NCBI RefSeq assembly: GCF_009914755.1
Contig: NC_060935.1
Direction: 5' to 3' (one strand)
Length of the DNA stretch: 64,000 nt
Source of the DNA: the human T2T-CHM13v2.0 reference genome, Homo sapiens
Both the position numbers and the translations under genes were made by a program. This document shows, one piece after another, positions 1 through 11,240 of the stretch (within the stretch, counting starts at the first letter, position 1; every line of letters begins with the position of its first letter). The notes beneath the pieces were generated by a model that did not search any database, was not told where the DNA came from, and saw only the letters and a list, made by a program, of their open reading frames with translations.

Positions 1-859
1 TCTGGGCGACAGAGCGAGACTCAGTCTCAAAAAAAAAAAAAAAAGAATAGGTGGAATTGAATTGAGGCGGTCAGTGAACAGTCAGGAACATTGGAAGGCT
101 CATCCATGTGGATGTGCACAAGGAGGTGACAGGAGGAGGAGAAGAGGCAGTGATGGGGAACTGAGAGGAGTGTCAGAGGACAGTAGAGACAGCAAAGAGG
201 AGGGTTGTGGCTTGATGGCATGGTCTTCCTAGAAGCCGGGGTTTTGAAGAGAGGAGATCTAGGCATGATTTAGAAGCATGAAGGGACCAGGCTCCCAGGC
301 ACCTGGTGTGTGAAAGGAAAAACAGCCTCCCTAGGCAGGATTCTATCAGGACCAAAGGGAAAGGGCCCTTCAGAGAAGACAGCCCATGTTCCGGAAAGCA
401 TGTGAAAGGCTTTGGGAGGTCTGGAAAGGAGATGAGGGTCAACAAGAATGTATTGCCTCATCCAGGCAGTGCGCTGGACACGCAGATGCGCTTGGGAGCC
501 AGCGGTCCCTGCCTTGGCTGCTTGTGGTCTGATGGAGCAGTTGAGGCACAGTGGTGGCAGCTGGCTAAGCACCTGCGGCCTGCTTCGGATCTGGACTAAT
601 TCTGAGGGCCGGCTCTCCTGGGCACCAGGGTTAGGGGGTTACGGGGAGTATGTGAGTAACGCCTGCTTTGGGAACATAAACCCCCTCCCCCGCCCCCATG
701 TGCGCTGTGACCCACGCCCTCGCAGTCCTTTCTCTGGAATCATCCATGCGCCCCTGGAGCAAGCTGGGGCGTCTGTGAAGGGGTGGGTGAGAAGGAGCTG
801 AGGTTGCGCCCGCCCTGCAGTCACCTGCTCTCCCCTTTTCCCCGCCCCTGCCCTCCTAG

Positions 860-3800
860 ACACCATCCGGAAGATGAAGAACGATTTCCGGAAGATGGAG
901 GATGAGATGGACCGGCTGGCCACCAACATGGCAGTGATCACCGACTTCAGCGCTCGCATCAGCGCCACGCTGCAGGACCGCCACGAGCGCATCACCAAGC
1001 TGGCAGGTGGGCGCTGCCGGGCAGGGCCTGCAGTGGGCCTTTCCTGGGGCTCTGGGGCTAACGTCACCCTCCGTCCCCCAGGGGTCCACGCGCTGCTGCG
1101 GAAGCTGCAGTTCCTCTTTGAGCTGCCCTCGCGCCTCACCAAGTGCGTGGAACTGGGCGCCTATGGGCAGGCGGTGCGCTACCAGGGCCGCGCGCAGGCC
1201 GTGCTGCAGCAGTACCAACACCTGCCCTCGTTCCGCGCCATCCAGGACGACTGCCAGGTCATCACGGCCCGCCTGGCCCAGCAGCTGCGGCAGCGCTTTA
1301 GGTGTGGCCCCTCTGCCCTGACCCCAGCGCTCCCGCCAGCCCCGAGCCCCATCTGTGCCCGGCTCCTGGGCCCTCCTGGAGCTGTCCCCCTGCCCTGTGT
1401 GTGCTTTGCTTTCCTGCTCCTGCCCCATCCACCGGCAGCCCCGGCCCTGCCCTTCACTACCTCTCCCTCGTGCAGGGAGGGCGGCTCAGGCGCCCCGGAG
1501 CAGGCAGAGTGCGTGGAGCTGCTGCTGGCCCTGGGCGAGCCTGCGGAGGAGCTGTGCGAGGAGTTCCTGGCGCACGCCCGCGGCCGGCTGGAGAAGGAGC
1601 TGAGAAACCTGGAGGCCGAGCTGGGGCCCTCACCTCCGGCTCCCGACGTGTTAGAGTTCACCGACCATGGAGGCAGTGGCTTCGTGGGCGGCCTCTGCCA
1701 GGTGGCGGCGGCCTACCAGGAGCTGTTTGCGGCCCAGGGCCCAGCAGGTGCCGAGAAGCTGGCGGCCTTCGCCCGGCAGCTGGGCAGCCGCTATTTTGCG
1801 CTGGTGGAGCGGCGGCTGGCGCAGGAGCAGGGTGGTGGTGACAACTCACTGCTGGTGCGGGCGCTGGACCGCTTCCACCGGCGCTTGCGGGCTCCCGGGG
1901 CCCTGCTGGCCGCTGCCGGGCTCGCAGACGCTGCCACGGAGATCGTGGAACGAGTGGCCCGCGAGCGCCTGGGCCACCACCTGCAGGGTCTCCGGGCGGC
2001 CTTCCTGGGCTGCCTGACAGACGTCCGCCAGGCGCTGGCAGCACCTCGCGTGGCTGGGAAGGAGGGCCCTGGCCTGGCCGAGTTGCTGGCCAATGTGGCC
2101 AGCTCCATCCTGAGCCACATTAAGGCCTCTCTGGCAGCAGTGCACCTTTTCACCGCCAAAGAGGTGTCCTTCTCCAACAAGCCCTACTTCCGGGTACGCC
2201 TCCTCTTGGGTGTTCCTTGTTCAACCTGCTGGTTGACCCTCCAAAACCTTTTATGCCAGTGCTTGGGAAACTGGGGAAACCAGGCACTCTGGGTGTGGTT
2301 TCAGGTTCTTATGCACGGTCTGGGGGGTGGGGAAGGCTCAGGGCATCTGCAGCTGGGCTGAGAAGCAGGGCATGGTGGGGTCCCCAGTGTTGGCTTTCTC
2401 TGCCCCCACTCAGGGAAGCTGCTCCGGGGTACTTAGAATGTAGGATGATGCTGTCCCTTGCAGAGGGGGCTGGGGCACTTAGAGCCCCAGCAGAGGGTCA
2501 TTAACAGCCTTACCTGGAAGAGGGGACCTGCTGTGGACCTGGGCACCTTCTCTTGCAGGGTGAGTTCTGCAGTCAGGGTGTCCGTGAGGGCCTCATCGTG
2601 GGCTTCGTCCACTCTATGTGCCAGACGGCTCAGAGCTTCTGCGACAGCCCTGGGGAGAAGGGGGGTGCCACACCACCTGCCCTGCTCCTGCTGCTCTCCC
2701 GCCTCTGCCTGGACTACGAGACGGCCACCATCTCCTACATCCTCACTCTCACTGATGAACAGTTTCTGGTGCAGGTGAAGCACTAGCTCCTAGCCGGGCA
2801 GGGAATGGTGTTGCTGGGAATGCAGATGGCTGGACAGTGCCCTCATGGCCAGACCCCAGACCAGCTGCCTGTGTGTACCCCAGCCTCCACCTTGCCCAAT
2901 CTGTGCCCAGCTCCTGGTTGGCAGTGGCCCCTGAGCTGCCCCCACCATACCCACTCCCTCTGTCCTCTGCCTCCTTGGCTCAGGATCAGTTCCCAGTGAC
3001 GCCCGTGAGCACGCTGTGTGCAGAGGCCAGGGAAACGGCGCGGCGGCTGCTGACCCACTACGTGAAGGTGCAGGGCCTGGTCATATCACAGATGCTGCGC
3101 AAGAGCGTGGAGACTCGCGACTGGCTCAGCACTCTGGAGCCCCGGAATGTGCGGGCCGTCATGAAGCGGGTGGTGGAGGATACCACCGCCATCGACGTGC
3201 AGGTGCTGCCCAGGCTGGCCGGGGTAGCCCTGACGCAGGCTGGGGGTACTGTCCCTTCAAGAGGGGCTGGGGCAGCAGAGGATCACTGGCAGTCCCTGCC
3301 TGGAGGAGGGGACATGTGTATCTGGGCTTCTCACGGGGCCAGTTCTGTAGCCAGGGCGTCCGTGAGGGAACCCCAGGGGAACAAGTCTCCAAGGATGAAG
3401 ACCAAACGGGCTGGGGAGTGCCTATGTCCACGGTCTTGTTCCTTCTCAGCCCAGGATTATGACATCTTCGCCCCTATTTTACCTGTGGAGAAGCAGAGGC
3501 TCAGGGTTACCCAGGAAGTCAGGGCAGGGTTGGTGCTGGTGCTGAAGATTAGACCTCAGACCAACTCTTGTATCCTGCCTTTGCCCCACTCCACTGGTTC
3601 TATAAATAGCGACCATGTACCTACTAAATAGCGGGCCCCGCGGTGATTACCCTGTGATCCTTGTGATGCTTGAGTAGCTGACTTAGGGCATCCTCAGCAC
3701 CGATGGGCTGGTGGTTTCCCCTGACTCGGGCCTCCTTGCAGTACCTCTTTTTACCACCAGGTGGGGCTCCTGTACGAAGAGGGTGTTCGCAAGGCCCAGA

Positions 3801-4866
3801 GCAGCGACTCCAGCAAGAGGACTTTCTCCGTGTACAGCAGCTCTCGGCAGCAGGGCCGCTACGCCCCCAGCTATACCCCCAGGTCTGGCTGGTCAGGGGA
3901 GCCCCAGGGGGAAGGGACAAAAGAGGGCGAGGGTGCAGGGCGGGCTCTGATTCCTTGTCTTCCCCAATCCAGTGCCCCGATGGACACCAACCTCTTGAGC
4001 AATATCCAGAAGCTATTCTCTGAACGTATTGATGTGTTCAGCCCTGTGGAGTTCAACAAGGTCCGACTTCCAACGTGACTCAGACTTCCAGGGATCCCGG
4101 GGAGGGTTGGCTGGAGCAGCCCCACACCTGCCCAAGGAGCCCCAGGACTCTGTGACCAACTGGGGGTGACCCTGACCCTCCAGTCTCTGTCTCTAGGGCT
4201 GTTTTTAGGTAGTACAGAGTGCCCTGCCTCCAAATCCCACAGCCCTTGTCCCAGTCTTGGTGTATGCCCAGCCTGAGTCTGGGTGCTGACCTGGGATTAC
4301 TGTTTGCCCTTGTCCTTATCCCCACAGTAGTCTTGGGTCCTCCCCAGGGTTTTCTGTTCACCCATGGTCCCTGCCCCGCCTCACTCCAAGCTCAGGGATG
4401 CCTCTGATTGCTGGGCCCTACCTGTCCCCTGCCCTCCAGATGACGGCGCTAATATTGTATCCCTCCCCTCTTATCTGGCCCCGGAGACTTTCTGCCTCAT
4501 CCCAGCTACTTCCATCGTATGTCTCCCGGGCCCCTGCTTGGAACTTGGGTGTCCCCCACACACACCTGCAGTCCCCAAGCTGCATCCCTGTGTCCCTGCC
4601 TGCAGGTGTCGGTGCTGACCGGCATCATCAAGATCAGCCTGAAGACGCTGCTGGAGTGTGTGCGGCTGCGCACCTTTGGGCGCTTCGGGCTGCAGCAGGT
4701 GCAAGTGGACTGCCACTTTCTGCAGCTCTACCTGTGGCGTTTTGTGGCCGACGAAGAACTCGTGCACTTGCTGCTGGACGAAGTGGTGGCCTCTGCTGCC
4801 CTGCGCTGCCCAGACCCTGTGCCCATGGAGCCCAGTGTGGTTGAGGTCATCTGCGAGCGCGGCTAG
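860..4866 (+). CDS. VPS51: VPS51 (GARP/EARP complex subunit), 3' part: exons 3-10; 5' exons lie outside the window
   Basis: GT-AG-bounded exons 860-1006, 1082-1301, 1476-2193, 2559-2774, 2984-3202, 3761-3882, 3973-4060, 4606-4866 (TAG) splice in frame (1991 nt). Peptide [20 protein letters not shown]...VVEVICERG* recognised as VPS51. Confidence 0.97.
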
Positions 4867-4965
4867 GCGCAGCCGCTGCCATGCACCGGTCTGTCCCTGC
4901 ACCCCATGGCACCCAGGATCTGGTCTCGGTGGTCCTTCCCCGCAGGCAGGTGTCAGGACCGGCCT

Positions 4966-4971
4966 AATAAA
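4966..4971 (+). terminator. VPS51 polyadenylation signal AATAAA
   Basis: AATAAA about 100 nt after the VPS51 stop codon. Confidence 0.85.
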
Positions 4972-5009
4972 CATGTGTGGCCTCCTCCTCTCGCTTGCTG
5001 GGCGGGCCT

Positions 5010-5150
5010 TTCCGGGGGCGGGGTTTTGAAGCTGAGGCTTCTGAGGCGCCCGCGTCGGGTCCGCCCCCGAGCGCCGATTGGCTGGTGTGCTGGGCCCAGC
5101 ATGGGCAGGGGGCGGTTCCACTTAAAAACCCTGGGACGAGAGCGGTCCTT
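5010..5150 (+). promoter_or_regulatory. TM7SF2 proximal promoter (CpG-rich; GC boxes, inverted CCAAT, TATA-like)
   Basis: GGGGCGGGG (~5014), CCGCCCC (~5061), GATTGG (~5076), GGGGCGG (~5109), CTTAAAA (5121-5127). This layout is typical of SREBP/NF-Y/Sp1 sterol-gene promoters. Confidence 0.75.
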
Positions 5151-5294
5151 GTCTGCGTTCCGTGTCCAGGCAGGTGCAGGCGCCGCGGGGCCGGATCCTC
5201 CGCGCGGCCGAGTCCATCTCCTGGGAAATGGGGCGGACAGTGTTTCCTTGACTGACTATTGTGAGCGCCCTCTCTCTCCGGCGGAGCGGAGACC

Positions 5295-8200
5295 ATGGCC
5301 CCCACTCAGGGCCCCCGGGCCCCGCTGGAATTCGGAGGGCCCCTGGGTAATGGGGCAGAGAGATGGGACCTGGGGCAAAGGCTAAGCGAAGGAGAGCTGG
5401 AGCGGGTGAACTAAGAGCGGGGGCGAGATCTGAGGATGGAAGGCTTTGGGGGTGTCGGAGGCAGAGGGACCCGGGGGTTTGCAGCGAAGGGTGTCTGGAG
5501 AGGGAGAGCTGAGGAGGGGCCGGTTCTGGGGGCTGCAGAACGGGGATTTATGGTGTCGACTGGGAGCAGGAGGAGGGTCTTCGAGGGGCCTGGGGGCGGG
5601 GGACTAAGATGGACGCCTGGGAAGGGAACTGGGAGGCAGCGGGGTGCCTGGGGGCCGAGGGCTGAGGACGGGGTGCGGAGGCGCACTCTGGGAATGCCGA
5701 GAGGGTCCCGCAGAGACGTCAGGGCGCCCGTGCGGGCCGGCGGGGAGCTGGGGGGCTAGGGGCGGACGCCCGACGTGATGGCCCTTCCCGCAGGCGCCGC
5801 GGCTCTGCTACTGCTGCTGCCCGCCACCATGTTCCACCTGCTCCTGGCGGCCCGTTCGGGCCCCGCGCGCCTGCTGGGTCCACCCGCGTCCCTGCCCGGG
5901 CTGGAGGTGCTGTGGAGCCCACGGGCGCTGCTGCTGTGGCTCGCCTGGCTCGGCCTGCAGGCGGCGCTCTACCTACTGCCGGCGCGCAAGGTGCGGGCCC
6001 CGCTCGCGGACGCTCGGGGGAGGGAAGCGAATGGGCTCGGCGAGGGAAAGGACGCCCCGGGCCTTATCAGAGCCCCCTTGGACCCGCAGGTGGCCGAGGG
6101 GCAGGAATTGAAGGACAAGAGTCGCCTGCGCTATCCTATTAACGGTGCCTAGGGGACGGGCCCTCGCGCTGGAGTTAAGCGGCCGGGGGTGGAGCTCCAG
6201 GCCTAGCGGGGAGGTCCACGGAGATTGGCCCCCACCCCAGGCTCCTTTGTGTGCCTCTGTTACGCCCAGGACAGACGCCGGGGGCTCTCCCTATGCCCCT
6301 CGTCCCCACAGCCTTACCCCATTTACTGCTACTCCGTGCACCACAGCAGTGGCTGGGGTGATCCTCTGAAGGCCAGGGTGGCAGCCTAATGCTTGGGGCA
6401 GGGTCTGTGGCCCCCCTGAGTTTTGGGCTCTGCGTGTGTTTGCGGGGTGGGGATGTGGAGGCGCGCAGCCCCAGGGCTCACTGTGCGCTGTGGTTCAGGC
6501 TTCCAGGCCCTGGTGCTGACAGCCCTGTTGGTGGGGCTGGGGATGTCAGCGGGGCTGCCTCTGGGGGCGCTCCCGGAAATGCTCCTGCCCTTGGCGTTTG
6601 TCGCCACCCTCACCGCTTTCATCTTCAGCCTCTTTCTCTACATGAAGGCGCAGGTAGCCCCAGTTTCGGCCCTGGCACCTGGGGGGAACTCAGGTGAGAG
6701 GGGTCCTGGGGTGGAGACGGAGGCAGATTGGGGCGTCTGCCTGTACATTCACTCTCCAATATTCTCCAGGCAATCCGATTTACGACTTTTTTCTGGGACG
6801 AGAGCTCAACCCTCGTATCTGTTTCTTCGACTTCAAATATTTCTGTGAACTGCGACCCGGCCTCATCGGCTGGGTATGTTGGGCTTGACTGAGCTGGCCT
6901 CAGGCCAGGGGGAGGGTTAGGGTGGGTGAGCAGCGCTTGGGCAGGGCAGGGCCAAAACTGTGCAGATGCGAGTCATTAACCATTCATATTCCACAAACAT
7001 TTGTTCAATCCACCTGTGCCTAGGTACTGGGAGACAAAAATAAAGTTAGAGGCAAAAAAGCATCTTTGCTGCAGAGAGCCTACATTCTGGTGGGAAAGAC
7101 AGAAAAAAATAAGTAAAATATATACAGCATGTCAGGGATGACGTTAGGAGAGCACGTGCAATTCTCAACAGCAGTCAAGCACAGAATCTATTTCCAGGGA
7201 GTGACCGCATGCTGCTTGATGGTCAAGGCAGTGCAGAACCTGAAATTGATCGCTGGGGTTAGCAACCTACCCGTCACTAGTGGCCTTGACAACATTCCAA
7301 CTGTGATCTCTGGTTCTGTGGCCAAGATTACCCAAAGAAACTCTTGGGCAAGGCCTCTCCTGTCGCCCTGGAAATTATCTTACCCGAGGCAGGAGTGCCA
7401 GGTGCCCACCCTGGATCTGGGTCCTGGCCTGATGACAGGCACATCTGAGGACACTTCCTCATCTTTGAGATGTGATAAAATTAAAGCTTTCTCCTAAGAT
7501 TACTGGGAAGATTAGAAGAGGTAATCTTTATGATAGAACAGAGCTCAGTGTCAAATGCAGGCGCCCAGCACAGGCTTGCTCCGGCTAGCCACACTGAGCA
7601 CGTACCACTTGCCAGGGACGCTATGGAGGGCTTCAAACACGATGATGCCATTGAGTCATGACAGGCCCATGATTATCCCCATTTTTCACACAGGGGTGGG
7701 GGAAAGTAGGCTGTGGAGAGGGCAAGCAACCTGCCCAAGTGATGATGCTGAGATCTGAAAACAGGTCTGTTTGAGCACTGAAGCCTTAGCCCGAAAGGGC
7801 TTAGGACAGACAAGGCAAGAAGAAACAGGCTGCGGGCACCTCCCTGTCCACAGTCTCTGTCCTTGGGTCTAGGGCCTGGATCCACTTAAGAGCTGGAGTG
7901 TAACTGACAGTTGAGAAGGGCAGAGGCTGGCCACTGCTCTGCCCAAGGCTGCCACTTCTGTGGAGACTATTGCCTTGTTCCCTCTCCCCAGGTCCTCATC
8001 AACCTGGCCCTGTTGATGAAGGAGGCAGAGCTTCGAGGCAGTCCCTCACTGGCCATGTGGCTGGTCAATGGCTTCCAGTTGCTCTACGTGGGTGATGCCC
8101 TCTGGCACGAGGTGAGGCTGGACTGGACGAGGGTGGGTGTCTGAGGGCCGCATAGGGACTAAGCCAGTGTGTCTGGGTCTTGTCCCTGCAGGAGGCCGTC

Positions 8201-9332
8201 CTCACCACCATGGATATCACACATGACGGGTTTGGCTTCATGCTGGCGTTTGGGGACATGGCCTGGGTGCCCTTCACCTACAGCCTGCAGGCCCAGTTCC
8301 TGCTGCACCACCCGCAGCCCCTGGGGTTGCCCATGGCCTCTGTCATCTGCCTCATCAATGGTCAGTCAGGAAGGGGCAGCAGGCTGGGCCCATCTTCCCC
8401 CTATCCCTTTGATTCATGCTCTGTTTACACGCACCACCACATAGGTGCTAACCCCCAGGGTTCTCTAAAGCCAGGGCAGGGTCCTGGGGGTCCAGGCAGA
8501 GTCTGGGCTGCAGACAAGTTGGGCAGATGTTCGGGGTCAGGCAGGAGGCTGCAACCCTTGACCTTGACCACCGGTTCACACTCTCTCACCAGCTATTGGT
8601 TACTACATCTTCCGTGGGGCGAATTCCCAGAAAAACACTTTCCGAAAGAATCCTTCTGACCCCAGAGTGGCTGGTGAGCTGGTTCTCTAGGGCCATGGGT
8701 GAGGTGGGGCAGCTGGGCTTCCTGGGAACTCTCCACCCTGCTGTCTTTCCCCAGGGCTTGAGACCATCTCTACAGCCACAGGGCGGAAACTGCTGGTGTC
8801 TGGGTGGTGGGGTATGGTCCGCCATCCCAACTATCTTGGAGACCTCATCATGGCTCTGGCTTGGTCCTTGCCCTGCGGTGAGTGGCCCATGTGGATATGG
8901 GTAGGGACATGTGAGGGGAAGAGGTGGCTCAGCGACCACAGGATGCCTACTTTGGGTATGCACCAGTGAGAGTAGTCAGAGAGCTGGGGGTGGACCCAGT
9001 GTGTGGCTGGGGCACACCTCTGTGCCAACCTAGTACCGTGTGCTTTGCTGCAGACCCTGGCGCTTTTGCTGCTGAGCCCCGATGCCCACATGAGCCATGA
9101 GGTGTGGAAACGTTTGTGAACTGCGGGGTGGAGGGGCCGGCAGGGTGGTCACAGAGCCTCCTTCTCTACAGGGGTGTCACACCTGCTGCCCTACTTCTAC
9201 CTCCTCTACTTCACCGCGCTGCTGGTGCACCGTGAGGCCCGGGATGAGCGGCAGTGCCTGCAGAAGTACGGCCTGGCCTGGCAGGAGTACTGCCGGCGTG
9301 TGCCTTACCGCATCATGCCCTACATCTACTGA
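5295..9332 (+). CDS. TM7SF2: TM7SF2, delta(14)-sterol reductase (DHCR14A), 418 aa
   Basis: Exons 5295-5346, 5794-5990, 6090-6144, 6499-6693, 6770-6873, 7992-8111, 8192-8360, 8593-8673, 8755-8877, 9172-9332 total 1257 nt. [15 protein letters not shown] start, ERG4/ERG24 motifs [12 protein letters not shown] and [19 protein letters not shown]-terminus [14 protein letters not shown]. Confidence 0.98.
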
Positions 9333-9695
9333 AGCGGCTCCACCACCCCAGGTGGGGGCATGTGCCCACTCATCCACCAGCACACCCAGGACCAGGAGCC
9401 TCGACACACTTGGGACTCAAGGGCTTGCACCCCACCCAGCCCTGAGGATGAACAACCTCAGAGAAGAGGTGGTTTAGAGCAAGGAAAAAAATGAAACCAG
9501 TGACCAAAATCGGAGATGCTCTTCCTCCTTTGGATAAACACTGGGAACCCTTGGTGCACTTCTCTCCCCTAGGACTGGCTGGGTCAGCACTGATCAGGGA
9601 GAAGCTGAGCAGTGGCTTGTGGGCCCAGGAATCTGGGGTCTGGTGGGACAATAGCTATCCCTCAGAAACAAGCAACAGGGCTGACCAGTCACAGC

Positions 9696-9701
9696 TTTAT
9701 T
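9696..9701 (-). terminator. ZNHIT2 polyadenylation signal AATAAA
   Basis: TTTATT on the + strand, 19 nt beyond the ZNHIT2 stop. Confidence 0.8.
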
Positions 9702-9720
9702 AATGACCAGGGTAACCCGT

Positions 9721-10932
9721 TCAGCTAGGGAGCTCCTCAATGAGAGTTCTTGGGGCAGGTGGCACGGGGCCTCCCCAAAGCCGCTCCAGCTCCCCAGTGA
9801 GGGCGGCCACCTCCTCGGCTACCACAGCATGGGCTTGGTGAGCCCTGGCGCAGTCTAGAGCCAGGGGTGTGAGGGCCGCCTCATTTTCGTTGGTCCAGGC
9901 CAGGAGGAACTGGCACTTTTTCCGGGCCCGGTAAAGATGATCTCGCTCTTCTCTAGCCACGGCCTGTTTCCGGGCACGGCCCAGGGTCTGTGCCAGGTCC
10001 CCCAGTGCTGCCAGCGTGTAGCCTTTCTGGTTGGTCGGGCCCTCGCCCAGCAGGATGCGGGCGACCTCGTGCATAGCCCCTCGTGTGCCCAGGGGCCCCG
10101 GCGGGTGCTCGCCTGCTTCCAGCACGTGGGCTGCCGCCTGCAGGGCTTCTTCCGCAGAGGCGAAGACTTGCTGGGCACCCAGGGCTCCGGAAACGCCGAG
10201 CAGTGTGGCACAGAAGTCAGAGAGCAGCGCGTCGTCACCGCCGTGATACAGGGCGAGAGTATGCGCGTAGGCGAACAGCACATTGGGCAGCTGGAAGCGC
10301 ACGAGCGGCGAGACTGGGCCGCGGCTCAGGCTGACTATCGCGGGGATGCGGGTGGGTACGACGGGCGTGCAGGCCCCCGGGACATCTCCAAGAACCCGCT
10401 CGGCGGCCGCGGGCTCCGCGGCGGAGGCATCTTTCACAGAATCCGGCGGGGTCCTCGCAGGGGCGAGCTCCAGCTCCGCGGCGTCACTACCCGGGGCATT
10501 ATCCAGCTCCTCCAGAAGCTGCGGTCCGGCTCCGCGGTTCCACCACCACGGCCGCCATGGAGGCAGCAGCCGCCCGGCCTCACCGCGGCTCAGCAGCCGC
10601 TCGAAGGCAGCTTTTTCGCCCGGCGCCAGCCGCTCCCAGAGTCCCGATAGGCCGCCGGGCGCCGGGCCGGAGCTGAGGCCTGCTTCCCCAGGCTCGTCCT
10701 CGGTCTCGCGTTGCTGACGCAGCCGGCGTAGGGCGCTTGCTAGGCGGCTGGGAGGAGCGCTGCAACCGCGGAGCTCTCCCAGCACCTGGTCACGGTAGAA
10801 GTTTTCTGCGCAGGTGCCATGCGTCCGGTAGCAGCGCAGCGAGCAGTAGGGCGCATTACAGCGAGGGCAGGTGTAACGCGCTGGCTGGACCTCCCCCGCC
10901 GGGCAGAAGCCACAGGGCCCGGCCGGCTCCAT
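9721..10932 (-). CDS. ZNHIT2: ZNHIT2, zinc finger HIT domain protein 2 (U5 snRNP/R2TP adaptor), single coding exon, 403 aa
   Basis: Uninterrupted ORF from ATG 10932-10930 (GCCATGG Kozak). N-terminal HIT finger CGFC...YTCPRCNAPYCSLRCYRTHGTC. Confidence 0.97.
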   Translation of the reverse strand: MEPAGPCGFCPAGEVQPARYTCPRCNAPYCSLRCYRTHGTCAENFYRDQVLGELRGCSAPPSRLASALRRLRQQRETEDEPGEAGLSSGPAPGGLSGLWERLAPGEKAAFERLLSRGEAGRLLPPWRPWWWNRGAGPQLLEELDNAPGSDAAELELAPARTPPDSVKDASAAEPAAAERVLGDVPGACTPVVPTRIPAIVSLSRGPVSPLVRFQLPNVLFAYAHTLALYHGGDDALLSDFCATLLGVSGALGAQQVFASAEEALQAAAHVLEAGEHPPGPLGTRGAMHEVARILLGEGPTNQKGYTLAALGDLAQTLGRARKQAVAREERDHLYRARKKCQFLLAWTNENEAALTPLALDCARAHQAHAVVAEEVAALTGELERLWGGPVPPAPRTLIEELPS

Positions 10933-10959
10933 GGCAACTGGCACCGCGATCTACCTGCG

Positions 10960-11240
10960 AACGCACGCCGGTGGTAGTTCGAAACTTCCGGGGCTTCTTC
11001 GATTACTTCCGGTTCGCAGCGCGGCCGACGGCGCGCTGTGTTTTCGCAAAGCTTCCGAGGATTCTCGGCAATTTCCGCCCACGCCCGAAAGCCAAGCCCC
11101 ACCCCTTTCCCTAGTAGGGCGAGAGCAGGCCCAGAAGCCGGGCGTCAGGTACGAGCCCCGCCCTATGCGATGACGCAAGGAGCGAAAAAATGGGTCTGGC
11201 GAGCGCTTCGCCGGTGCCACGTCTCCCCCTAGTGGTCACA
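10960..11240 (-). promoter_or_regulatory. ZNHIT2 CpG-island promoter with tandem ETS sites, CRE half-site and a CTCF-like motif
   Basis: ACTTCCGG at ~10984 and ~11005; TGACGCA at 11171; TGACCACTAGGGGGAG (minus strand) at 11223-11238. Confidence 0.7.

Noticed and set aside
874-2361. 495-aa single ORF as a stand-alone gene
   Set aside because: It is VPS51 exons 3-5 joined by two open introns, plus read-through into intron 5.
3203-3631. 142-codon read-through into VPS51 intron 7 as a novel C-terminal exon
   Set aside because: No recognisable domain, and the stop lies upstream of later junctions (NMD target) with no clear polyA signal after it.
4471-5121. 216-aa antisense ORF over VPS51 exon 10 and the TM7SF2 promoter
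   Set aside because: Starts at GTG, low-complexity, typical GC-rich shadow ORF.
9937-10717. Several long + strand ORFs opposite ZNHIT2
   Set aside because: Antisense shadows of a GC-rich coding exon.
10933-10944. 4-aa N-terminal extension of ZNHIT2 in the ORF track
   Set aside because: Begins at GTG; the ATG at 10932 has an optimal Kozak context and gives the known 403-aa length.
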